Shown one piece after another: positions 53,025-64,000 of a DNA stretch of 64,000 nt (positions are counted from its first letter, which is position 1; each line of letters begins with the position of its first letter). The stretch is from contig OZ024743.1 in the NCBI GenBank assembly GCA_964016885.1, forward strand, positions 218,178,001 through 218,242,000, given 5' to 3'. The position numbers were made by a program, and so were the translations under genes. Source of the stretch: Eledone cirrhosa. Lineage: Eukaryota. The notes under the pieces were generated by a model. It did no database searches. It was not told the origin of the DNA and saw nothing but the letters and a program-made list of their open reading frames with translations.

Positions 53025-53460
53025 AGTTATCTAGTTATATATTAGTCGAACTAATTTTGTATCTAACTCTACAGCAATCTATGTACAAATATATGTATCA
53101 GCCAATATCACTAAATACTGGTTAAACTAGCCCCATAACCTGCAGCATTATAAACAAAGAAGGAAGCACAGTAGCTTCTTATCAAAACTAGAAGGTCATC
53201 ATGCCACGCTGTCACCCTACATTACCTGTAGTGCCCACAGGGATAATTTCCAATCCATTCCCTAGTGTAGATTAATATACATCGCCAATAAAAAGATGGG
53301 TTTAATTAGTATGCATATTCTAGACACCTAATAGATATAAGATTTATAACATCATAAGCTTGGCACAATGGAAATGCAACGCCACTGCGAACAAGTATAG
53401 AAACTAAACACTGTGTACGAAAATCATTATATATAATGGAATTCTACCTGTTTGTATATA

Positions 53461-53846
53461 CGAGGGGAGGCTGAACAGTTCATATGCTGACCAAGATTCT
53501 CTCAAGGAATGAGCAAATGAGGTTTATTTTTCAACATAGTACTTTGAAAAGAAACAAAGCAGCTATTAATAATTGTTTCTACTTTGGGTACAAGGCCAGC
53601 AATTACTCAGTACATTACTGGTACTTTATTTTATCGACCCCGTAAGAATGAAAGCAAAGTTAACCTCGGTGGGATTTGAACTCAGTCCGTAAAGGGACGT
53701 AACTCTATGCTGGAAAGCAAGGCGTCCGACTCTCTACCGATACTGCCAATCATTAATAATGAGAGTTGAAATTAATGTATGCAAGATTTCACAGCTCTAG
53801 TATCACTCCTTCATAGTCAGTCTATGAACTATTCAGCTCACCCTCA
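53461..53846. mobile_element. Tc1/mariner MITE interrupted by a SINE (53571-53750, minus strand)
   Basis: TA|CGAGGGGAGGCTGAACAGTTCATA..TATGAACTATTCAGCTCACCCTCA|TA; SINE TSD ATTAATAAT. Confidence 0.82.
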
Positions 53847-54262
53847 TATAACGGAATTCTACCAATTTGTATATGAATCACTTAGACCTTGTCTTGAATG
53901 ACTTAGAATTTCAGAAAATATTTATTGTTATTAGCGAGACCAAGATTATAATGGACGCCAAGATGTCGTTTTTATTTTATGAAAAACTCATCCTGGATCA
54001 AAATAGAGAGTGATCTACTATTCGAAGTTTTCATACGCTTGTAAACATGAATACCTTATTAACAACTTCAACTAGAGAACTAGTCCTATAGCTCTGGATT
54101 ATAGCAGTTTGATTGAGTAGAAGTTTCCAATAACTTAAATGTCAACTGCATGAGCCACACGTACAACATCAGAGCAGAAAAATAAGGGGGGGGGGGGGGG
54201 GCTATGCTAACGTATTGAGTACCTTTTTTAACTGTGGTTAGCCCAGACATAACTCGAGAATC

Positions 54263-54313
<51 letters not shown>

Positions 54314-54354
54314 GCTGGCCTTGTGCCAAAAATAGAAATAATAATCATTATTAT

Positions 54355-57300
54355 TATTCTTGGTCTGAGAACAACAACGGCGGCAACAAAGATATAACCA
54401 ACTGCAACAGTGAAAACTGCAACAACACCAAAAAGAACAACAACAACAACACCACCAACGACAAGTAGAACATTTTCGCTGCGGCAGCAGCCAAAAAGAA
54501 CCCATACTTCTGCATGGACCTCTCGAACAAAGATGAAAAGTTGGCCCAGGCCTGGAAGCTCATCAAGCAAGAGCAAACCTGGGCCGAATTAGCTGTCCCG
54601 GTAGAAGCTATTGAAGCAGTAGAGCGTAGAACTGTGCATTACAGATGCATCTCAGCAGAAACCAAGAGGGCAGCTTTAATTCCACAAGCAGATGTCGAAG
54701 TCGTGCAGAGGTGCATCAGGGATGGCACTGAATACATAGCGAGGGGCAGACAGTACGGCAACATTTCGGTGCTGTTCAAGTCAGATGCCCTCGCTATGAA
54801 ACATGCTATGACACCTTGCAAAACCAGCAAGGTCATAATATACCCCTCCCACATGGGAAAAAGAACAGCCCGTCTCCGCATTCCCAGAATCCCACCAAGA
54901 CTTGACATGTGGTGGCTTCTGGGATGTGTGATTTATGGAGGGGACGGATAGCGTCCCGATAGAAGTAACAAGAACTGCCAGAAAGTTCCGGGGATGACCT
55001 GGAGATACTTCTCCAGATCAGGCCGGAGAATGTCAAAACAATCCCGGACCACATCCGTCTTCAGAACGGGACGGTAATTTACATTATGACTGAGGTCAAA
55101 AGGCTGCATTATTTTGTTTGTGGGGAAAAAACCCATTTGCGAGCCTTCTGCCCTCAACTGCTGAAAGCTGCAAGGGGTCGAAGGGCTCCACTGCTGCCGA
55201 CGCCGGGGCGAGTACCCCAACCAATACCAGCACCGGCAAAACCATCAACAACAACACCAATAGAAACACCACCACCAACATTGAACACCCAGGTGGGAAA
55301 CGAGGAAAGTTGTCCAATTCCCCTTCCCCCCAAATATACACACATCAATAAAAACATAAACACAGACACAGACACACTTACAGACGCAGACCCCTCATCT
55401 ACCAGTAGTGAAGATGAGGGAAAACCAAAATCCCCCAAAATACAAAAAAGGAAATATAAAAAGAAAAAAACTCGACAAAGCACAAAAACAACCACAATAA
55501 AAAAAATGCAGACACCAACCACGCAAACCTCTTCCCAACAACACCAACTTCAACATCACCATCACCAGAATCTCCCTAACGCAAACAACCTAAACAGACG
55601 CAAGAACAAATACACACACAAACATTTGAAACAAACACAGACACAACCGAAACAACACCATCAAAACCATCACCACCACAGCCACACAAACAAATAAAAT
55701 CACACCAACAAAACATACAAAACTTCGTGCTCGTCAGGAGGGCCAACAAGGAACTGATGGCCATCGTAGCACGAAGTAAAGAAATACAAAAAAAGGGGAA
55801 ATTTTTAAATCGAGCACATTTTGCGTGCCGGGAGATGTTTCTGATACGAATGTCGCTCGATTTATACAGAGATACGAGACAGCTTTCCTCGGGACGTGGG
55901 AACCCCGAACGTAAAACCCGCTTCAAGACTTTTAAAGGGGTTCCCAAAAGAAACCCCACCAACTATGTAGGTCGAACCACCCAACCTTCACAAGAGACGG
56001 GAGGTAAGTAAACCTTCCTCTCTCTTTTAGCCTGCCAACATGGCCGTATTAAGAGTAGGAAGTTTAAATATTCGCGGCCTGGGATTGTCCTGGAAGCAGG
56101 GTCACCTGCTCAACGACGTCAGGTCTCTAGAAATGGATGTATTTGCCGTCAGCGAGACCAGGATTTTCGACACGCGTGCACTAGCCCCCATTTTCGACGA
56201 CTATCAGATCTTCGCATCTGTTAGTCGGCCGGGAATGGGAGGTGGGGTGGCAGTGCTGTTTAGGAAAGGCGTGGATCTCGAGGTAAGGTCGATCTTCCGG
56301 GATCCGGACGGAAAGTTTGTGGTCCTGGACGTGAACAATAGCGAAGGTGGTGCCTTTAGACTGGTGGCCGTCTACGCCCCTACTGGGGCAGGACGGTCGG
56401 ACTTCTTTAGACGCCTGGAAGCCTTTCTGGGTACGTCTCGCCCTTTACTGTTAGCGGGGGACTGGAACGGCATCTTAGACGCACACTGGGATTGTGTGGG
56501 AATATCCGACAGGAGCGGGAGGGGCAAAAGCCTCAAGTACCTGATCAGCCAGTTCCAACTGTCTGACAGGTACCGACTAGATTTCTCTAATGCGCCAGTG
56601 TGGACCTGGACAAACCGCGTAGGGCCATCTAGATCGTATATAGACAGGATATTCATTAGGAAAATAGACAGAAATAGTGTAAGCTGTCCACGTTTTAAAA
56701 CGGTCGCCTAATCAGATCACAAATTTGTGATCTGTATGGTCGACCTAGATAAGACGCTTAGGTTCGGACCTGGTTTCTGGAAGCTGAACATGTCATTTCC
56801 AGCGCATAAGGCTTACAGGGACCGGGTCAACAATTTAGTTAAGAAACAGTTGACAGGGCGAGTCGTCAACAATAGATGGTGTGGGTGGGGCACTCAAAAG
56901 AGAGATTAGAGTAATGTCGATAGGGTTTAGCAAAGAAGTAGAGTTAGAGAAAAATAGAAAGGAGGGGAGTTGGTAGATAAGGTAGACGAGGCTATTTGTA
57001 GTGGCGTTGCAACTGACGTGCTAAATCGTTTCTTCAATTCGAAACACGAAGGTTTCATTGTCAGAGCTAAAGTGCGTGCTCTGAGAAACGAAGGAACCAA
57101 AGCTGTTCGATGGACCCACGTAGCAGAGGCGCAGCGTGGTAATAAAACCACGATCGATCTTTGACGGACTGAGACGGACACGAGCTGAGCGATTCCAAGC
57201 GGATATGTGAGGTCTTTCGCCAACATTTTGCTCGGTTGTTCGGGGGAAGTGGTGGGTCAGAGACGGTGGCGGACTTCAGTCCCTACCTCGATGGCTTGCC

Positions 57301-58105
57301 GCAACTCTCGACGGCCGACGCTGAGCGCTGCGAAAGGCCGATTACTTCAGCCGAGATTGAGGATGCCCTTGTCGGCTGCATGAGGCGCAAGTCACCCGGT
57401 TTGGATGGTCTGCCCTACGAGCTTTACGTAAATATGCTGCGAGGAAGTTTTCACTGAAAGGTCGGGCGGAGGTGGTGAACGCGTACATCGTGTTCGTCAT
57501 CTACTACCGCCTGACCGTCGTCCCTTTCCCCCGTTCGCGCCTCGCCAACTTGGAACGGATCCTCTTCAAATTCTTGTGGAGGGGTCAGGCACGTTGGTGA
57601 GGCGGTCATCACCCTCTACGTGGAAGGCTGGGCATGCCGTGCTAATGATGCGCAGACACGCGCTGAGGCTGCAGCACCTCCAGATATTCTGCCTAAACGG
57701 TGAACAGGTGTGGTCGCCGTTTGTCAGAGGTGCCTTTCCGCAGCTCGTCTGTTTGACTGACCTGTAGACCTGGGTCAAGAAGAGACCGAGACTGGGTGAC
57801 TGGCATCTGGAATATTGCCAGGCATTCACTGCCCTCTACCAGGTGGGCAATGCGGTCAGTGGAACTTCCACTCTCGAGTTCTATAGAGGATTAGTGGTGG
57901 GCAAGTGCGAGGACGCACTCGGAGAGGCTCTGGGAGTCAACGAAGTCGAACTAACCAGTCTGTTCAGGAGGACTTTCTAGCCGGGGACGACGGACAATTT
58001 CTAAAAATCCCTCGCTTGGCAGTGTTACCGGGGGGGGGGGGGGGCGCACTGCCGGTTCGAGATTAACTCTACAGACACGGAAATGCTGTCAGACAGACCT
58101 GTCCG
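54355..58105 (+). mobile_element. Tx1/L1-clade LINE, degenerate: ORF1 with Zn knuckle, ORF2 with APE endonuclease, RT core deleted
   Basis: ORF1 pieces 54514-56011 with YFVCGEKTHLRAFC; ORF2 from 56040; PGFWKLN; KSPGLDGLPYELY then jump to SLKGRAEVVN; ends at LYRHGNAVRQTCP. Confidence 0.88.
56040..56730 (+). pseudogene. APE-like (EEP) endonuclease domain of LINE ORF2
   Basis: SLNIRGL, AVSET, GGGVAVL, VYAP, LAGDWN, SYIDRIF, SDHK after a premature stop. Confidence 0.9.
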
Positions 58106-59764
58106 TTATTATCACTATATATATACGTTTTATTGTTTCACAAATAAGCGAAAAAGTGCTCATATTTTCTAGAGTATATTTATTTACATTAGTAGCTGGT
58201 ATTTACTTTCTGGCTACTCAGAAGTTTTTGTGTTAAATGTTGCTATAGACAACCTTATTTGGTGTGGATGATAGGTTTAGAAATGGTGCCAGAACACATC
58301 AATTGGGATTTCTCATTGAATTAAATCTTAATTGAATGAAATCTTAAATAATATTGTACTTAGTATTGATGGAATTGTTCCACTCTGGGAAATATACTCG
58401 CTATATATCTAGTGCTGATGTTTTGTATTCTCTTTTGCCAAATACTGTAATACATTTTTCGTTCTGTTACAATGTTTAAGAGGGAAATGACTCTTCACAG
58501 AGTGTCGAAATATCAGCTGGCATTTAAGTTTACTATTCAAATGTATCCGTGACAGTAGCATGTTTAAAGAATGAAAGATTGAATGTTTCTCTCATGCGAT
58601 TAAATTGAGAAGGATGCTTCATTAGACGGTATAATATCTTATACTTCTGAGTTAAGTGTAAGTTACAGCTGCTGCTGTTTACATTTAATGATTGACTTAT
58701 TTGAAGATGCGCTATTCTATAACAGTGTCATTTACTCCTCTGTTTTTGAGATCCCATATATATTGAGATAACGATGGGGCGTTTCATTTGTTCCTAAATT
58801 TCAATTACTGTTTATATTGCGTATATATGATTTGAAAAATGTTTTCTGTTCACTACAGACACTCACATCAGCTTTGAATTCGTCCGATATGAATGTTCGT
58901 ATATAGTTTTTATACATTGTTCTATGTATTTCAGTTTAACTTTGAAAGTGAAACTAAAGCTCTGTTGTAGTACAGAAAAAGTTATCTTTATTGATTGATG
59001 TCACATTCTTGTTACCACCCACTTCCAACCTCTCATATACTTCTGTCACTGCTACAACTTACATCCTCCCACAAAAACACGTACATATATCACATACACA
59101 CAGGTATATACGCATATACAGATCCAGACACTCACACATACATATATTCATACAACTCAAGACATATGCACATGAACGAACACTCACATATACATACATA
59201 TACACTAACGCACTCATACACATATATGCATACAGATACACTCCCATATAAGTACATACATTCTTATGCATATACGAGGTCTCACACACACACAACGTAG
59301 GACAAAGACATTGAAGGAGACTGGTTGGAAAGGTATGGGAATGACTTTGACTGGAACGAGTCATAAATACAAATAAATATGATTGCACCTGTATATATTA
59401 TTTGTATTCTATTTTCAACATATTATATTGATTTAATCTTATTCATCATTGCCACATCTGCCCATTATGTGTGTGCGAAGATATGTATGTATATATGTTC
59501 ATTTGGTTTTGTTATTGTATAATTTTTTTACGAATACAGAGAGAGCGGTTTCTAACATAGAAACAAGTCGCTTTTGTTAGAATTTAGACAACATCAACTA
59601 GGTAAATACATCTACGTCTGTGTGTTTTTGTGTGTATACAAGTATGGGTGTTATTGCATGTGTAGATATGTATTTTTTTAGCTATATGTCTACACGTACA
59701 CATGTTTCTGTATCTATAAATGTATATATGTAGTTATTATATACTGAATGTTTTACATATTTTT

Positions 59765-62200
59765 ACAGTTCCATTAATTGACTGTACTTGCACCTTCCTC
59801 GCTAACCATGCCCTTTCTGGTTCTGTAAAGCCCAGCTTCTCAGGATTTATACTGAAGCAGTTAGAAACATATCCCAGATAAGAGATGCAAATCTAAAGGC
59901 ACGATAGAGTTTCTGTAAAGTCCTTATTAGTTCAGCATAGCTGTTAGACTTTTCGCTAATCTTTAGTATTATATTTCCACTACTTTGCAGCTGATTTCCA
60001 CTACTGTGCACGCCTTCTTTTCTCTGCCCTATATCACTATGTTTCTTTCTGTTATGTTTGCTTTTCATCAGGGTTTTGACTGGAACATTCCACCAGTACA
60101 TTTTCATATTATGTATGTATATGTCTTCCACATCACTGTAACTTTTTATGTTTATCCTCAAGGCTACCATTTCTACAGAAGGCATTGTATCATGACTCAT
60201 AGGTAGATAATATTGTGATGACAACTGAACAGCTGCTTATGATGGGGTTTTATTCCACAGAATCTGCATCAATTGTCACATATAGGTTTTGGCCTGAATC
60301 ACTATCTCCTTTTTTGCATCAGGTATTTCGTTGTTATTTTCAGTTCTTGAATTGCAAAACCATAACCTTCAAAGTGAGAGCCAATAGAACAGCTGTTGCT
60401 CCAAGATAGACCGATTTGCTTATCTAAATGACTCTCACTTTGAAGCTTTCTGAAAGCATAGCCATGTATTTCTTTTTTTCTTTTTTGTTGATAATCATGC
60501 AGCTTTCCATCCATGTATTCTTTGCGGTATTGCTGTGCAATTTTCCTGGATGTGAGATTTTGGTTGTCATGCAGAATGTATTTCTCCAGGTGCTCCCAAC
60601 TCTCGTGATATTATGCAGACAGACTTGTTCTATAGATGTGCTTCTATACGTGGTGGTTCGTGGATGTTGTCGGCACTCAAATGCTGTCTAAATTGTTAAG
60701 CCTTTTCCTCCGTATTTACGTTTCAGGTAGAGCTGCTCTATGTCACAGTTGGTGTGGAAATTCCCGGGTTTGAACATCAATGACTCAGATCACATCTAAG
60801 GTAATGTCAAGTAGTCCAAATGTTGGGCCACTGATTTATTCTGCACACAGTATTCAGAAAACCATATTTTTCTTATTTGGATGTTATATTCACTGGTTAC
60901 TCGTTCCTTGTTCCAAATACCATCATATGGTATATTTTCATCAATCCCTAAGCATCTGTTCCATTGAAACACTCAGGCCGTTGATAAAGATGTTATTAGA
61001 TTGGCTTGTAATTTTTCCTTATTTTACAATCATATAAGAACATTTATCCAGGCCAAACTCTATTCCTATATCTTTCGGGAATGTCGTTACTATGTCAAGG
61101 TTTGTCTTCATACCCTTTATATTCTTGGCATAAAGTTCCGAGTCATCCACGAAGAAGTTGTGTTAGGTTTGTATTTCTGGCCTGTTGTGAACCAATTACA
61201 CATCCTTCATATTTCCTCAGCATAAAGGACAAGGGGCTTACTGACAGTATAAATAGTATCACTGAAAGACTGTCTCCTTGGAGTATACCCCTTGTGATAC
61301 AATACAGTCCTCCTTCTCTGTATTTAACTTCAAGATAGGTTCTCCATAGCAACGGTAATAGTATGTGGGACATTAGCACATCAAGGGGTTTCTATCATCC
61401 TAGAGTGGGGAACAGAATTGAATGCTTTCCTGTAGTCCAGCCAGGCTGTAACCAATTTCCTCCTCTGTCGCTGAAACTCTGACATCTCTGATGTGTTAAT
61501 GAAGAGCTGCTCAACACACCCCGAAACTCATTTCTTCTGAGCTGCTTGCTCATCTGATATTGTTATTGTCTCAGTGATCCTGGAGGAATAGGTTCAGACA
61601 GGCTGCATTCATTTATATATTTCTGTGATGGGGACTGAGTGACATTTATTGATTTGCTTCACATATCACTGAAGACTGATGTTTGGTTTCGGCTGAATCT
61701 TTTATTTATCATTTTCCTTTCAACCACTCTCTTCTCAAATCGGAGATTCTCGCTGACAGCTCTCAGTTCTTGTTTGAAGGTGATCAACTTGTATTGTAGA
61801 GTTCTGCTCGTACCGTCTCCAAACATCATTTCTATTTTATTTTTCACTCTTTGTTGGTGATGTGTGTTTCTTTTTGTTTTTGTTTACATGTGATAAGCAT
61901 TGTCACATGGCCGATAATTTATCGTAGGTCAACGAGATTTTTTCTATTTTATAAATATACGATGACATATTTTGTGTTGTTTTGTTTTTGTTAACATCTC
62001 TATTATCACCCAGATAATGCTTAACTGGAATTCCTACGGCATATAAACAGACGTGAACTTGCCAAACTGTAGGGGCATTAATTTGTCGTAAATATTCGAC
62101 ATTTCGTCGATAGTACGCAGAATTTAATTATTTGGTTAGTTGCTTAATATTGTCGTTTTGTCTTTTTACGAGAGGAAGTTTCACCCAAAGATTAATCTCT
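59765..62200 (-). mobile_element. R4/Dong-like (RLE-type) non-LTR retrotransposon, degenerate
   Basis: Minus-strand peptides WLDYRKAFNSVPHS, RGILQGDSLSVILFILSVSPLSFML, CRFCG..SSC..QYYLPMSHD, WWNVPVKT..KHNR; many stops and frameshifts. Confidence 0.75.
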
Positions 62201-63129
62201 GTATAAAAAATTTGGCTAAGGATATATTTTAACTCTTATACTCTTCACTTTCCAAGCTAATTTTAGACATATTATCATTGATGGTATTTTGATGTTGGTA
62301 GTTAACATGACTGCAAGTTATAGCAGTCGAGGCAAATTTTGATGTAAATTTTTGTAAAATGTGTGATCACACTGGCTACAATTTAACCTTGTAACATGAT
62401 GGCCTGTTATGACACGCGTTGATTGCATATTCGATTTAGGAGGTTTTTCACTTAGTGTTATGTGTACGGGTTCCACACTTTCATTATTGCTGGCCTAAAG
62501 TAGAAACAATTATTGTTTTAAATAATGTTTATGTTATTTTTACGTTCGGCAAACGTTGCGTGCTGGCATAATTGTTTGGCTGTGAAATAATTTAGCTCTG
62601 AGTGAAATTCTTCCCAGTGTAACATCACTGTGTTCATATAGCCAACAGAGGGATGGTTTTTGCTTTTTTATAACAATTAAATAGATCTTTATCGAGTTCA
62701 TAGCCCAAAGAAAAATGCGTTTTATAGTTTAAGTTCCTTCTGTAACTACAACTAAAACTATCCCCTTTAACTTTACTGTTGCGTTTCTTCGATTCAATGC
62801 TGTTAAGTCTATTTCCAGCTACGTTGTCTGTAGCAAATTCTAATAAAGTGAATTCAATATTTAGACGGATATTCCGACGACTTCAAATAAAATGTGTCTT
62901 CAGAAAATATCATCAGAAGAATATATAGTTATTTAACAGTGGCATTACTGGTGGAGATAGCATTCATCTTCAATTTAATGAATAGTCTCCCACGCCATAT
63001 GTACGACTACTCTCATCAAGTATGTATGTATGTAAGCATGCATGTATGTATGCATATATGTATATATGTTTGTTTGTATACATGTACTGTTTCTCACTAA
63101 TAATGAGCCAGATTCTAACTCAGAAACAT

Positions 63130-63170
<41 letters not shown>

Positions 63171-63226
63171 CATATATACATACATACACATATAGATTTT
63201 CTTATAATAAATATACATATATATAT

Positions 63227-63507
63227 AGAGCTGTATGGGAGCCTCCCAAAAGTCACCTCAAAAGTGACACAGAGGAGACTGAGGTTAGCTGGACATGCTC
63301 ACCGACATCCAGAGTTGACATTGCACTCAGTGCTCCTGTAGAAGCCCCTACATGGACACACTGGAAGAGGAAGACCAAGGTTAACGTATGTTGATGCCCT
63401 AAGGACAGACACTGGTCTGTTGGAGACGCAGGACATGGCAGCAATAATGAGGGATAGAGACCGCCGGAGAGAACTCGTCCATGGATCTCGGGAATTTTAC
63501 CCGCCCT

Positions 63508-63510
<3 letters not shown>
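63227..63510 (+). mobile_element. RTE-clade LINE 3' fragment in (TA)n
   Basis: [47 protein letters not shown]; same family as 47511-48030. Confidence 0.85.
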
Positions 63511-63559
<49 letters not shown>

Positions 63560-63711
63560 GGTGCACTTTTAGGCTGCGACCAGCCACACGCAACTGTAAC
63601 AGATCCTGAATAAGCAATGCCTGTGCTTTGAAGGTTTTTTTATATATGTATGTATACATGTACATGTATACATATATATATATATACATACATATATACA
63701 TATAAATATAT

Positions 63712-63756
<45 letters not shown>

Positions 63757-63853
63757 TACATACATATATACATATATATATACATACATATATATACACA
63801 TATATACATATATATATATATATATATACATACATATATACATATAAATATAT

Positions 63854-63904
<51 letters not shown>

Positions 63905-64000
63905 CATATATTTATATATACATACATATATTTATATATACATATATATATATACATATATATATGTACATATATATATATATGTACATGTGTATATATA

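Overview
AT-rich, microsatellite-saturated animal non-coding DNA with no supportable host protein gene. The dominant tRNA-headed SINE suggests an octopod cephalopod, but this is inference. The window is mostly retroelement debris sitting in (TA)n tracts: one near-full-length Penelope-like element (PLE; RT plus C-terminal GIY-YIG, tandem pseudo-LTRs), several truncated or inverted PLEs, Tx1/L1-, R4/Dong-, RTE- and CR1-like LINE relics, about 13 SINE copies, mariner/pogo/hAT MITEs and Helitron-like elements. The main unannotated signal is RNA structure. About 30 type I hammerhead ribozyme (HHR) motifs or half-motifs from at least 10 sequence families can be folded by eye. They include a 445-bp tandem array with four intact minimal HHRs (candidate non-LTR retrozyme, predicted circRNA), apparent core variants (U4A, U3-A8, U4C) and an HHR with a roughly 100-nt stem II. 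Many (TA)n-embedded fold-back palindromes have their turning or truncation point in HHR stem II. All folds and alignments were done by eye; coordinates may be off by a few bases.
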